Below are positions 1 through 19,567 of a DNA stretch of 64,000 nt, in pieces (position 1 is the stretch's first letter; the number at the start of each line of letters is the position of its first letter). A program made the position numbers and the translations under genes. This stretch comes from the human T2T-CHM13v2.0 reference genome, Homo sapiens, in assembly GCF_009914755.1 (NCBI RefSeq), contig NC_060946.1. One strand, 5' to 3'. A model generated the notes under the pieces. That model searched no databases and was not told the DNA's origin. It saw only the letters and a list, made by a program, of their open reading frames with translations.

Positions 1-143
1 AAATAAAAAGCATTCCAGAGACCTTTGTCTTACGGACATCCTCACCCAAACTTGAAATTCAAATGATGGGCCTACTCTTTTTAACGTGGGTGTTACTGCA
101 TAAATCATACCTCAAGGAAAAAGATGCAGGAACTGAGCCTTGA

Positions 144-434
<291 letters not shown>

Positions 435-1213
435 TAGTAAAGGTCAACCAAATACTAAAAAAGAATCCAATTTATTTTCTTTCATTGACTGTATGCTGAA
501 TCTACCTTTGATCTTTGGAGAAAAGAGAAATAGTGCTGGCAAACTTCTGAACTTATTTGCTAAGTTGCTTGTTAAGCTAAACAATCACAACCATCGAGTG
601 GCTATATTTTTAACCTGGGGTCCTTTGGCATATAATATGTATCGAGAGTAATAGGCTTACCTCTTCTAGGAAGACAGCATGCTGTTGTGGAAAAAAGGAT
701 GGCATTTGAAATTAGAAGACCTGTTTGGTCCTGCTCTGTCAGTTACTGGCTGTTTGACTATGAATGAGTCATTTAACAATTTGGAACCTGTCTCCACACC
801 TATAAAATGGAGATATCACCTGCCCACTGCATCTCAGAGGTCTGCAGCACCAAATAAGAGGGTGGATGCCAGATTGTTTTATGAACTACAAAGAAATATA
901 CAAAGATTAATAATCAGTGTTTATATCTGTATGCTACAGCTTTAGCCAGTCACTGGCACAAATGTACTCAGTAAGTGTTCGTAAAATAAATTAATATCTC
1001 AAATGCTCCTGGAATATAGACCAATGAGAGCTCTAGTCAGCTATAACCAGGAAGCCTCAATAGTTACCACATTTATTTCAGATGATATGGGCCAATTGTG
1101 GTGGCTCATGCCTGTAACCCCAGCACTTTGGGAGGCCAAGGCGGGTGGATCACTTGAGGTCACATGTTCGAGACGAGTCTGACCAACCTGGTGAAACCCC
1201 GCCGTCTCTACTA

Positions 1214-1423
<210 letters not shown>

Positions 1424-2226
1424 TTACATTAACAACACTTGTTTAGTGAGGATTTGATTTTTAAATTCATGGGTTGTCAAAATGCTTTTTACCTCCTGCT
1501 CTGACTTTTAATCATTTTTCTGCCTGTTGGCACTTCCACCAATGGTGAACAGGAACGAGGGAGTTTTAACAAACTGTGGATCATTCTATTTTGTATGTTT
1601 CTTTTCTTTCTTTTCTTTTTTTTTTTTAGACAGGGTCTCACTTTGTTGCCCAGGCTGGAGTGTGCAGTGGTGCAATCTCAGCTCACTGCAGCCTTGGCCT
1701 CTGAGGCTTGAGCAATCCTCCTGCCTCGGCCCCACAATTAGCTGGGACCACAGGCACACACCACCATGCCTGTATTTTTTGTAGAGGCAGGGTCTTGCCA
1801 TGTTGCCTAGACTTGTCTCGAACTGCTGAGCTTAAGTGATCTCTCTGCCTTGGTCTCCCAAATTGCTGGGATCACAGGTGTGAGCCACCGTGCCCGGCTG
1901 CCTAATTTTGCAGGTTTCTGTTAGCTCCAATAAAGGCCATAAAGAGGTGGATACTACTGGCCAAAAACTGTAACTTTTGTGTCTCGCACTTCAATACCTG
2001 TTGATATGGAGAGGTACTTGGCTTCATTCTTTGGCCAAAAAAGATGATAAATGATAGATGACAAATTAAAAGTTTGGGCATACGCTTGGGGAAAGAAAAA
2101 AGTAAAACAATACAATTTCAGCAAAGTACTACCAACTCCACTCTTTGCTTTAATACATATAAAAAGGTGCTTCAAGGTAGTGTTCCACTAAGTTCAAGCC
2201 ACAGCTCCTATTCAGATTGTTTATGA

Positions 2227-2583
<357 letters not shown>

Positions 2584-3116
2584 TAGGCATCTCTGACAGC
2601 AGTGATTTATAATGATTTATAATAAGAAGCTGACTGCAATGCCCTCTGGTGGTTTAAAGCTTTCTTCATATCTATAACTGCAAAGTTAAAAACAAATGCA
2701 GCCATTTTCTATCAAATGGGAGTTTATTTATGAATGAAAACATCAACAAAGATAATCCATAAAATTTCCTTTTGATTTCCATGACTATCATCATAATAAT
2801 AAAGCATTTCTACAGATGCACTTTGCCTAACATAACTCCATGGTTCAAGGGGTTAATAAAATAATTTAGCCTGTAATCCCAGCCTCTCAGGAGACTGAGG
2901 CAGGAGGGTCACTTGAGCCCAGGAGTTTGAAGCTGCAGTGAGCTATGACCATGCCACTGTACTCAGCCCGGGGAAATAAAGCAAGACGCAGTCTCCTAAA
3001 AACAAAAAAAAAAAAGAGATTTGGCCGGTCGCGGTGGCTTACACCTGTAATCCCGGCACTTTGGGAGGCCGAGGCGGGCGGATCACGAAGTCAGGAGATT
3101 GAGACCATCCTGGCTA

Positions 3117-3569
<453 letters not shown>

Positions 3570-4045
3570 TGAGGCAGTATCTTGCTTTGTCACCCAGGCT
3601 GGAGGGTGGTGACATGATCATGGCTCACTGCAGCTTCCACCTCCTGGCTCCTGGGCTCAAGCAATCCTTCCATCTCAGCCTTCCGAGTAGCTGGAATTGC
3701 AGGTGTGCACCGCCATGCCCAGATAATTTTTTCTAGAGATGAGGTCTTGCTATGTTGCCTAGGCTGGTCAAACTCCTGGGCTCAGGCGGTCCTTCTGCCT
3801 TGGCCTCCCAAAGTGCTGGGACTATAGGCATGAGCTACTGCACCCAATCTTTTATAATTTTTAATACACTAACAAATGCAAAATAAAGAACTCAAAAACT
3901 CAACTAGTTTCTTTTTTTTTTTTTTTTTGAGATAGAGTCTCACTGTCACCCAGGCTGGAGTGCAATGGCGTGATCTCGGCTCACTGCAACCTCCACCTCT
4001 TGGGTTCAAGCAGTATTCTCCCACCTCAGCTTTCCAAGTAGCAGG

Positions 4046-5711
<1,666 letters not shown>

Positions 5712-6401
5712 TTAAGATGGTATGCCATGTGTATTTTACCACACACACACACATGAAAATTAGGAGGGGAAAAAAAAACCTCATCTAGTCTCTGTACTAG
5801 TTTCCAAGTAAACATCTCTGTATTAATCAAGATAAATCCAAGTCCAGACCTTGATAATAACAAGAATTCACAGTAAGCCTAAACTGTTCTTCCTGGTCAG
5901 TCTTCATAAAGGTAAAATGAAACAATTAATGCTATGTCTCATTATTATTATTATTATTTTTTTTTTTTTGAGGCAGGGTCTCACTCTGTCGCCTAGCCCT
6001 ATGTCTAATTTTTAAAGTACATTTAAAATTAGCCAGGCATGGTGGCTCATGTCTGTACTCCCAGCACTTTGGGAGGCCAAAGTGGGAGGATTGCTTCAGT
6101 CCAGGAGTTTGAGACCAGCCTGGGCAACATAGTAAGACCCTATCTCTACAAAAATAAATGAAATAAAATTAGATTTAATTTGTTTTTTTTTGAGACAGTC
6201 TCACTCTGTCACCCAGGCTGGAGTGCAGTGGCATGATCTCACTGCAGCCTCTGCCTCCTGGGTTCCAGTGATTCTCCTGCCTCAGCCTTCCGAGTAGCTG
6301 GGATTACAGGTGCCTGCCACCAAATCTGCCTAGTTTTTGTATTTTTAGTAGAAATGGGGTTTCTCCATGTTGGCCAGGCTGGTCTCAAACTCCTGGCCTA
6401 A

Positions 6402-6780
<379 letters not shown>

Positions 6781-7556
6781 TAAATTCTTAGAGTACAAGC
6801 ACCTTATCTTCTTTCCCAAGTCTACATGTAGACATAACTGCTAAGTAGAATGGGGGTCCTAATCACCCCTCCTCCCTTGTTGAAGGCCCTCTGTGACCTG
6901 ATGCTGTTTCTTCTCCTCCGCTTCAATATTTGTTCAACCCAGAGGTCCAGGTTGGAAAGCTTCTGGATCTAATTCAAACCAATGCACAAATAATAAAGTA
7001 TCATCCTCTTCCTACTTTGCATATGCTATTTATTTCCTGTCGAGGTCCTCCACCCACTGCTTGGTGTATTTCTAGTTCAAATGTCACCGCCTGGCCCCAC
7101 AGTTCAATACAGAGTTAGGTCCCACTTCCTCATGCTCTCAAAGCAACTCCTGAACATTTACAGCACATTTCTCATCAGAACTCATCAGCGGTACAATTTT
7201 AAGTTGTTTTTGTCTGACTCCCACGCTGAACAATGACATACATGAGGGCAGAGACTATTATTCATCTGTATAATCCCAGCAATCTGCATAGTGTTTGGAT
7301 ATGGCAGATAATCAAAAATGATTTCTTAAATGAATATAACCTTATTCTTAGAATAGGAATTTGCAATTTAAGAAGGTCCTCCATATGACACCCACACAGG
7401 GAACCACCTGCTGGATTGGCCATCCAATTTGCCAATGGGTTCTATAGAAACCACAGCAAAACAAGAATGAGGTGCACGTGACACAATTACATCAATAGTG
7501 CCCTTAGGGTAGATCATTTTGGTGACTCCAATTAAAGAATAAATGAAGATAAATAA

Positions 7557-7805
<249 letters not shown>

Positions 7806-8144
7806 TGAACTCCTGACCTCAGGTGATCTACCCACCTTGGCCTTCCAAAGTGCTGGGATTACAGGCGTGAGCCACTGCACCCGGCCTAGATGGCTTACTT
7901 TTAAGGACATCTGAAGAATGTAGTATGGCAGGGTAAAAAGAGCCTCAACTAGGAATCCCTACCCCTATTCATGAGGTGTGTGACTATAGATAAATTACCC
8001 TTTAAGCTTCAACTACTTCACCTGTTAATGGGAATAAACCCCATACGCTGGAGTTGTTACAAGGATATCAAGATGTACATAGGCCGGGCGCGGTGGCTCA
8101 AGCCTGTAATCCCAGCACTTTGGGAGGCCGAGGCGGGCGAATCA

Positions 8145-8432
<288 letters not shown>

Positions 8433-8827
8433 TTAGTGGGCATTCAATTTCTTGTATAGAAGTTTCAGTACCCACTCTCATGCTCTGTAACTAGTTTCAA
8501 ACAGAGTTCTCCTTCCTTTTCAATGTCATTACAGACTGAATCCATTTGCTGGGTCCCACAGTTCACTGTCCAGTATGTACTTGCCACACATTTTTTGAAC
8601 ATCTCTTTTGAGTGTTGTGGTAGGCACTGGTCTCTCCCTTTCCTTGACTCTCATACCAACTCCTAATTTCTTTTTCACTCTGTCTTTAAATAGTAGCTTT
8701 CCTTCTTCTCCACTTAGCCCCTAGAAAACTTTTTTTCTTGCTCATTAAGCCCACTGAATACACTTTTCAGGGGCAACAAGTATATCCCAGAAAGATCAGC
8801 ACTAACCTTCAATTTATATAGTAATAA

Positions 8828-9031
<204 letters not shown>

Positions 9032-9888
9032 TAGGACAACAGGCATGAGCCGTGGTGCCCAGCTGATTTTTTTTTTTTTTTAAGTAATTGAGACGGGGTC
9101 TTACTATGTTGCCCAGGCTGGTCTCGAAGTCCTGGACTCAAGTGATCCTCCTGCCTTCGCCTCCCAAAGTGTTGGGATTACAGGCGTGAGCCCTGGTGCC
9201 TGGCCTCAATCAGCCACTTTTAGTGCTATTCTCATGAATATCCTACAAATGAGGCTTTGTGTATGTTGGGTATTCTGGTGACATTCCACACTGCCAGGCA
9301 AGTAATTAATTCACTTGCCCAGAGAAGGGCTCTCCTTAGGTGTGTGGCATTTGGCTCCTCAAGTCACCATTCTTTAGCTTTTCAAAAGAGCCAAGGTGAG
9401 TCACTAGCTCAATCAGTGATGTTGCCATTAAACCAGTTCATGTTTTACTGATTAACTGATAAGTGTTTGGGAAACTTGACTACTAAATAAAATATAAAAT
9501 TACTGGATTTGGCTCCTTTTTTGAGAAGATACAACAAAGGAAGGCTCCCAAAAAAGAAACGTTCACAATTAAAACAAACGGGAAGATTGAGAGGTCATCA
9601 TTTCTACTTGACAGATGAAGACCTGGAAGCTCAAAAAGGTCAAGTGATCTGTCTGTAGCCACAAATGCTAATAAAGTGACAGAATGAAAACTGGGACCAG
9701 GTCTGGCTCAAAATCCAGAGTGCCTTCCACTAAATCACAGATACATCTATTCAAATAGCCATATCCCTAACCAGTAACAATGATATCATAATAGTTGTTG
9801 CTAACATTTATCTAGCTCTTCTCATGTGGCAAGTACCGGGCTAAGCGACTTACGTGTATGATCTCATTTAATCCTCACAATCCCCCTA

Positions 9889-10238
<350 letters not shown>

Positions 10239-11838
10239 TCATAAAAGTTCAGTAATTGCTTTGTTACCACAGCTGGTAAGGAGTAGGGCAAGTTTGCACC
10301 TAGGTCTAATTCCAGAACCCATTCTCTTAATCATTACAGTAGATTGCAGGAAACTAAAACTCTAGTCCTGCTTCCAAAGCGGCAAGTCATTTGAGAGTTT
10401 TCTCTCAATTTCCTTGTCAATTAAATGGGGATATTGTTACTTGTCCTTACCTATTTCACAGAAATATTAGGATTATAAAATGAGAAAGTATATAAGCTTT
10501 CAAAAGGGAAATTGCTATATACATCTAGGTACTGTCTAAAGTTTCACTCAGATCTTCCCTATTCCACAGTCATAAAGGGATTTGGCTGACATCATTAGCT
10601 CTCAAACATCCTCTGAAGTGGGTAGTATTATCTCCACTTATCAAACAGCAAATTACAAAGAGATGGCGTAAAATGCTAGTCAGCAACAGAGCTGGGAATA
10701 AAACCCAAGATTTCTAACTCCCATTGAATATGTTCTTATGCTAGATCTATTTCTGCATTTCATACTTAACTGTACAACAGACAAGGGTAGAAATATTACA
10801 GTGCCCACTTCAAAACACATATTAAATACTTACAGAAATTACATTTTCTACTGCTGTGACACTAATACAATCCCTAAGGTTCTTAATCCTCATATTCTAG
10901 AGAAATTGCACAAAGTATCAAAAATAAAAAATTCCCATTTCCCTAGTACAGACTTCAGCTCTTTAGTTTCCTCAAACAACTTATTATTAACCAATGGTTA
11001 TAAAACTAGGTGGGTTACTAACTAGTTTCAACTAGTGAGTTTGTAAATTTCCATAAGGAACATAACCCTCAATGTTAAATTGTTTCCTCATAAAATCAGA
11101 AAAAGAGAAGCATCAAATACATTCTCACATCATAAATACCTAATACAGCTATATAATTCGAACTGGAAATTATCCTAACAGACCAACTCACAATATTCTG
11201 AGCTCAAAATTCAAGTTCCAAAGGGAACGGCATAATTAAAACAATAATGAAAATACACATGACACCTTTATGATCATTTTTCTCCTATACAGAAATCAAA
11301 ATAATTTTGTACTTCCCACTCAAGGTCTGCCACAGGCACACAAAAACCTTAAAGTAAAATTAAAAAATAGAAAAAACAATTCTGTCTTCAATTCTCTGAC
11401 TTAAATAGGGGATGAATGTTCAGTCTTCTTCCCAGATTATTAGCTCCTGCTAATTTTTGTTTGCTAGAACAATGCAATGATCTTTAACAATCATATACTT
11501 TGAAATTACCACAGGGACTAAAGAGAGGAAATAAGAGAAGGAAATTTCCACTCTCAAAATTGAACTAAATCCTTAATAATGAAGTATTTCATTATTACTC
11601 TCTCTGACTAAATCATGGACTTACAAATGAAAAACCCGCCATTTTGTCATAGGGACAAAAAGGAAGTCATAGAAATCCAAAGAACCGCTCTGCTAATGTC
11701 AAGTGAATTTGCTTCCTGAGTGGGTCGAGATATCTAAATCCACTCCTGGCCGCATAATAAAAGCCTTACCACCTTAACAACGTGCTGTGAGGTGAAAGCA
11801 AAAGATGACATACGACTCCTAGATTTTTCAGAGGTTGT

Positions 11839-11844
11839 TTTAAT
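11839..11844 (-). terminator. Likely main polyadenylation signal ATTAAA
   Basis: tttaat on the plus strand; on the minus strand it is followed by a TG/T-rich stretch (gtcgtatgtcatcttttgctttc) about 25-50 nt downstream. Confidence 0.6.
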
Positions 11845-11928
11845 ACATTAATCTCTTTCCTTTGAGAAAAATCTTTATCTTGATGTCTATAATCGAAACC
11901 AATCACTTCTTCTCATGGGTCAGGGGTC

Positions 11929-12075
11929 CTATGGTCTCCTGAACTTTAATGTGGCTGTGAATCACCTGGGAATGTTAAAATACGGAACAGGATTCAGAAA
12001 CTCTGGGTTGCGTGCCCAGCAAGCTCTCAGCTTGTGGCAGTACTACCGTCTGATGGACCACACTGAGCAACAGGA
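11929..12075. mobile_element. MER5A-like hAT DNA transposon within the SLC25A17 3'UTR
   Basis: tggtctcctgaacttt...gaatcacctggg...gaccacactgag resembles the MER5A termini and core. Confidence 0.6.
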
Positions 12076-13025
12076 CTCTAAGGAAGGTTTCCAAATGAAA
12101 TAACCTCAACCAGATGTTTATTTTCAAAATATACGGCCTACACCAAGTTTATAAAGGGAGATAATATCCAGACCTCAACAAGATATCTGCTCCCCTTCTC
12201 ATTTTTGTGATTTTTCCCATCTGGTTGCAAACTCAACGTAATACCTTAATAAAGAGCAATTTTCAAGAATATCTTTTTTGTGCTGACCATTTATTGGGAC
12301 TTGACTGACCAGGGCTTGTAAGAATGGACACAAAACTTCAAGTCTTTCGTAATGAAAGGATTGATTCAAAATAAATATTCTAAAAATTATGTCAAACACT
12401 AATGAATAAGTGACATTTACAAATAGTTTATAAGAGAATCATTTGGGTGAACAATTTTCATTTCACAAAATAAATAGCTCATATCCAAAAAAGACACCTC
12501 TCCTTAAGCAGGGAAAAAAAAGCCCAACAAAAATAAAGTCATGCCCGTGGCACAGCCCTAATGTTAGTTTTAGGGAGGAAAACACCAACACTGAGACATA
12601 CAAAAGTATTTGAGGAGAATTACATGTTATTAAATTTGTCCTAGAACCTGGGGGAGAGTTCAGGGAAAGAGAACAGCTGGTATATTTAAGAAAGATTTAA
12701 ATAGAAAACATTACACATGAGAGCAAAATAGTCCATTTCTCTTAAGAAAACCAATAAACACTCACAAACTTTCATTTTTAGGTTTTCAGCAATGTTTTTT
12801 TCACATTAGTCCAACTGCCACCCCAAAATCCAACCAGCCAGCATGACAATTAAGGTGACAACAGGTCCAGTTGGCCATACTCCCTGTGCACCCTTGGATG
12901 CTTTTCAAGCCAATGAGGGTAACATTTGTGGTGGCAGGAGCCAGAGTCAAGGGAGAATCACTTCTCTTCACTCAGGAGGAAACCTCCCTCTTGAGCATCT
13001 TCGGAATTTTTCATGGGAAGGCGTC

Positions 13026-13173
13026 TCAGTGTTGGTGTGCACGCTTCAGCCCCATAACTGTGAAGGTGGCAGCTGTCAGTTTCTCATAAACAAGGAACAT
13101 GAGAGCAGCAGTGAGGACTGTCTGCAGCAGTTTGGCTTCAAGGCCTTTGTAGAGTCCCATTATTCCAAAACGT
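13026..13173 (-). CDS. SLC25A17: SLC25A17 exon 9 coding part ([48 protein letters not shown]), 148 nt
   Basis: Lies within ORF 13026..13217; acceptor ccctttag|A; TGA at 13028-13026. Confidence 0.97.
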
Positions 13174-13252
13174 CTAAAGGGAAAGAGGTTTGAAAAAACA
13201 GAAGTCAGCTCCTGCATCAGAGAACATGCTACCTAGATAGCTACTTTGATAA

Positions 13253-13507
<255 letters not shown>

Positions 13508-13629
13508 TAGCCAGGATGGTCTCGATCCCCTGACCTCGTGATCTGCCCGCCTCAGCCTCCCAAAGTGCTGGGATTACAGGTGTGAGCCACCGTGCCAGGC
13601 CCTAGTTTTTGGTTCTTACAAATAATGTC

Positions 13630-14222
13630 TTAAATTTGGAAGCAAGCTACATGTCCATCAACAGATAAATGGATAAAGAAAATGTGGTACTTATACAAAA
13701 TGCAGTACTATTCAGCCATCAAAAAGAATGAGAGTTTGTTGTTTGTAACAACATGGATGGAACTGGAGGTCATTCTGCTAAGTGAAACAAACCAGGCACA
13801 GAAAGACAAATATCGCATGTTCTCACTTATTTGAGGGACCTAAAAATCAAAACAATTGAACTCATGGAGATAAAGGTAGAAGGATGGTTACCAGAGACTA
13901 CTGGGAAGAGTAGTGGCGGGGGGAAGGTGGGGATGGTTAATAGGTACAAAAATAGATAGTTTGAATAAGACCTAGTATTTGCTAGCACAACAGGTGACTA
14001 TAGTCAATAATAATTTAATTGTACATTTAAAAATAACTAAAAGAGTATAATAGGACTGTTTGTAACAAAAAGAATAAATGTTTGAGAGGATAGATACCCC
14101 ATTTTCCATGATGTGATTATTATGCTTTGCATGCCTGTATCAAAACATCTCACATACCTCAAAAATATATACCTACTATGTACCCACAAAAATCAAAAAT
14201 TAAAAAATTAAAAAAAAAAAAA
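13630..14222 (+). mobile_element. L1MA-type 3' end fragment in intron 8
   Basis: Typical L1MA 3'UTR ending tatgtacccacaaaaat...A-tail. Confidence 0.85.
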
Positions 14223-14451
14223 CAAAGCCATTATTAACATTTGTATACAAGCTTTTGTGTAGACATATGCCTTCATTTCTCTTGGGTAAATACCCTGAAG
14301 TGGATGGCTGGGTCCTATAATAGGTGTGGTATATAAAAATTTTTAAAGAAAATGCCAAATTGCCTTCCAAAGCAGCTGTACCATTCTATATTCCCACCAG
14401 CAGCATAAGAAAGTAAGTTCTGGTTGCTCCAACATCCCTCCCAATACTTGA

Positions 14452-14676
<225 letters not shown>

Positions 14677-15002
14677 TAGAGACGGGGTCTCACTATGTTG
14701 CCCAGGCCAGTATCAAACTCCTGAGCTAAAGCGATCTGCCTGCCTTGGCCTCCTAAAGTGCTGGGATTATAGGTGTGAGCCACCACGCCCAGCCTAATTT
14801 TGTCTTTTAGTCCCTTGAATGTTCTTTTTTTTTTTTTATTTTTTTTATACAAGGTCTTGCCTCTTTAGCCCAGGCTGGAGTACAGTGGTGCCATCATAGC
14901 TCAGTACAGCCTCAATCTGCCGGGCTCAAGTGAATCTCCTGCTTCAGCCTCGTGTGTAGCTGTGATTACAGGTTTGTGCCACATGCTTGGCTAATTTTGT
15001 AA

Positions 15003-15143
<141 letters not shown>

Positions 15144-15438
15144 TAATAATAAATTTATTTTCAAAGTATCTTGTATCTAGGAACAGTAATAAAGTTATAA
15201 GAGCTTTTGCTTCAAAGGAGGTCCCTGACTTATCTGACTTCACTAAGTGTCAGTTTCTTTAAATGAAACAGGAAATGACAATAGTTCTTAACTCACAGAG
15301 CTACTGTTAGGATTGACAAGGCTGGGCGCGGTGGCTCACACCTGTAATCCCAGCACTTTGGGAGGCTGAGAAGGGCAGATCACGAGGTCAGGAGATCAAG
15401 ACCATCCTGGCAAACACAGTGAAACCCCATCTCTACTA

Positions 15439-15651
<213 letters not shown>

Positions 15652-15709
15652 CTAGGTCAGTGTCTGCCACATGGCAAACCACTGAAAATGTTAGCTACTC
15701 TTACCAACA

Positions 15710-15750
15710 CCACCATCATCATTATCATCATCATCATCACTATTATCACT
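15710..15750. repeat. (CAT)n-like microsatellite
   Basis: caccatcatcattatcatcatcatcatcactattatcac. Confidence 0.8.
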
Positions 15751-16128
15751 TTTTCCACTGCCCCCTCCCTTCTCCAGTACTCCTATTCTATAGGCAGATG
15801 TTATATTGCTAAGAGGCATCATAGGATATGCCACTGATGAAAGCACACTCAGGGTGACTGAAGTATAGAAGGGTTCTCTTTCTGAAGGAGTTCTGAATAT
15901 TTGTAACTAACAAAGAATAAGAACCTGAACTTTTCCATAATTTCCCAAAATGCTGTCATACTGTACTAGGCTCCTAAAATGGGAAATGTCTAAGCACAGC
16001 AAGCAAGGGAAAGGTTTTGGAGGTTGCCACCACCAAGGCAGTAGTGTGAGAGAGGGAAATGCAACCCCTCCCTGGCAGAGATGGCTGCTGAAGGAGAGCA
16101 CGGAATGTGAGGCATCTACAAAGCTCAC

Positions 16129-16211
16129 CTTACTCGTTGGTGAAGAAGATAGAGAATATTCCGAAGACTTCCCAATGTTCTGTTTTCTGGGTTTAGTCTA
16201 TGACGCCCAAA
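16129..16211 (-). CDS. SLC25A17: SLC25A17 exon 8 ([28 protein letters not shown]), 83 nt
   Basis: End of ORF 16125..16478; acceptor tttcctcag|TTT, donor AAG|gtgagc. Confidence 0.97.
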
Positions 16212-16395
16212 CTGAGGAAAGAGGGAAAAAAAACAAAAGTACTGTTGCTGTTTTTTAAAATCTTCATTTTTACCTGGGGAGGATATTATGTTGGAGTAGT
16301 ATCTTATAGCATACATTAATAAATTTATCCAATTAGTACCATAGATTTCATTAATCCTGTATTTTTCAACTGAGTGAAATATTTCAATCAAATAA

Positions 16396-16743
<348 letters not shown>

Positions 16744-17472
16744 TAATAATTTTCATTTTATAGAGAGGTATAGGGAAAATTCTACCTCAAAAGAAAAAAA
16801 TATGCCCAGGATGATGATTTAGATATTGATGGTAATAACTTCCACTTCTTTAAGAAATTCTGAGAAATGAATCATTTAGAACATCTGCAGTCTAAGCTCT
16901 TCAGATTATGTGTTTACATTATAAAAGTGTTAAAATACATTTATAAGGATGCTACTGAATTCCCTTATGTTAAGTACCAATTTTAAAATAATATATTAGT
17001 AAAAATGCTTTTAACAGAAGGTACTAATTTTTCTGAACTGGAATATTCTCACTACCACCCCTATTTTATCTAGCAACAAGCCTTTTGAAATTTTTCTCCA
17101 AAACAGATCTTGAATCTGTCCTCATCCTACCCCTCTCCTCTCCAGTGCCACCACCGTGGTCCAGGCCACCATCCTCTCTTGCCTGTATTACTGAAATGGC
17201 CTCCTACTAGATTGCCCCTGGCTTTCTCTCTTAGCTTTCTGACCAATTCACCACATAATAGCCACAACAGTCTTCTTCAATTGTAAATCACAGCACATAT
17301 TCCCCAGCTTAAAGCCCTTCCCATCACATATTCTCAGCTTAAAGTGCTGAGGATAAAAATCTACATTCCTCACCTACAGTTTCCCTGCTGCTCTTGCAAT
17401 CTCACCCTGAGCCACTCTACTGCCATAGAGGCCTTCTTTCAGTCCCTAGGATACACCAAATTCTTAGTACAT

Positions 17473-18167
<695 letters not shown>

Positions 18168-19233
18168 CACATCATGCTCCCCCTGCCTGGAATGCACTTT
18201 CGTCCACTCTGCCCCACTAGGGCCTTACCCTCCTTTGCATCTTGATTTAAATATTCCTTCTCAAAGAAGCCCACCTCCAATCATGCTATCTAAGAAGAGC
18301 CCCACCATGCCCCTCTCCAGTAAATAATTTCCTTTATAGTTCTTTTTTCAATTTGTAATTACCTATTTATTTTGCTTGTTTACCTGTTCATTCTCTCTTC
18401 CACTAGCTCCATAAGGGCAGGGATTATGACTTTTATTTACCACTGCATGCCCAGGTCCTCCCACAGTGTGGATGCTTAGTAAATATTTGAATGGATAAAT
18501 AACTGAATGAAATAAAAAACAGAAGTTTGAGAGTGCTTCAGAAAAGCTAAATCATTCATTCCTCCTGAGTGAACTAAAGGAATTAACCTCTGACTTTGTA
18601 AAGGATAATCCCTGCTGGGGCACCAAACCAATCAACTTGAATGAGAAGGAAGCAAACTTATGCTTTCCTGAGGTCTTTAAGGAACTTGTCTCCACATCTG
18701 TGTTTTCTGAGACATTATGTTACCTAAGAAATTACAAATGCAAACTTCATTCTAAACCAATGACAGCCAGCCTAGTTAAGCAGAATATCAAACAAATGAA
18801 AAAATGGGGGCCAGGCACAATGGTTCATGCCTATAATCCCAGCACTTTGGAAGGCCAAGGTGGGAGGATCGCTTGAGTCCAGGACTTTGAGACAAGCCTG
18901 GAAAACATGGTGAGACCCCATCTTCACACAAAAAAATTTTAAATTAGCTGGACAAGGTGGTGTATGTAGTCTCAGCTACTTGGGCAGCTGAGGCAGGAGG
19001 ACTGCTTGAACCTAGGAGGTCGAGGGTATAGAGACCCATGGTGCACCACGGTACTCCAACCTGGGTGACAGAGGGAGATCCTGTCTCAAAAAAAGAAAAG
19101 AAAAAAAACAGATAGGGAATATTCTGGTATACCAACTAACTGCTTTATTGCTTTATTAACATTGTTTTAAATCAAGAGACTACATGTATTCGAATGCTGT
19201 TTGACTAAATGCGAAGAGAACTCCAGCACTCAC

Positions 19234-19329
19234 CCTCAGAATTGACTGTACCGTCTGCAGGGGATAGGTCACCGTGGTGGCAATCGCTTTGGCTACTGCA
19301 CCAATGATGAACACATCCAAGGAAGAAAG
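19234..19329 (-). CDS. SLC25A17: SLC25A17 exon 7 ([32 protein letters not shown]), 96 nt
   Basis: Lies within ORF 19180..19365; acceptor ctttccag|CTT, donor AGG|gtgagt; the preceding intron is only 92 nt. Confidence 0.97.
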
Positions 19330-19421
19330 CTGGAAAGCAAAGGAAGAACAAACCATATCAATCAAGTCAACAAGAAGGTGTCAGACAGAATTATTTTACT
19401 GCTTTCAAAATCAAGGATTAC

Positions 19422-19567
19422 CTTCATCCGTTTCTTTAAAAGCTGCCGTTTTAAACCTTCATAAAACATGAACTGGATGGCAGGATTGAAGACCAACAGC
19501 AATGAGGGAAATGTGCCATTCCATAAAGCCGAGATTCCTTCATCGCGAATGATCTGATGAAAAGCAT
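19422..19567 (-). CDS. SLC25A17: SLC25A17 exon 6 ([49 protein letters not shown]), 146 nt
   Basis: Lies within ORF 19362..19616; acceptor cttgcttag|AT, donor AAG|gtaatc. Confidence 0.97.

Larger units (their letters stand above)
11820..13025 (-). other. SLC25A17: SLC25A17 3'UTR (~1.2 kb; end approximate)
   Basis: AT-rich sequence after the stop. Minus-strand hexamers: AATAAA at 12290-12295 and 12117-12122, ATTAAA at 11839-11844. Confidence 0.75.

Noticed and set aside
13011-13028. Stop-codon readthrough creating a peroxisomal PTS1
   Set aside because: The context is TGA-GAC, not the TGA-CTAG readthrough motif, and the extension would be only DAFP* with no SKL-like end.
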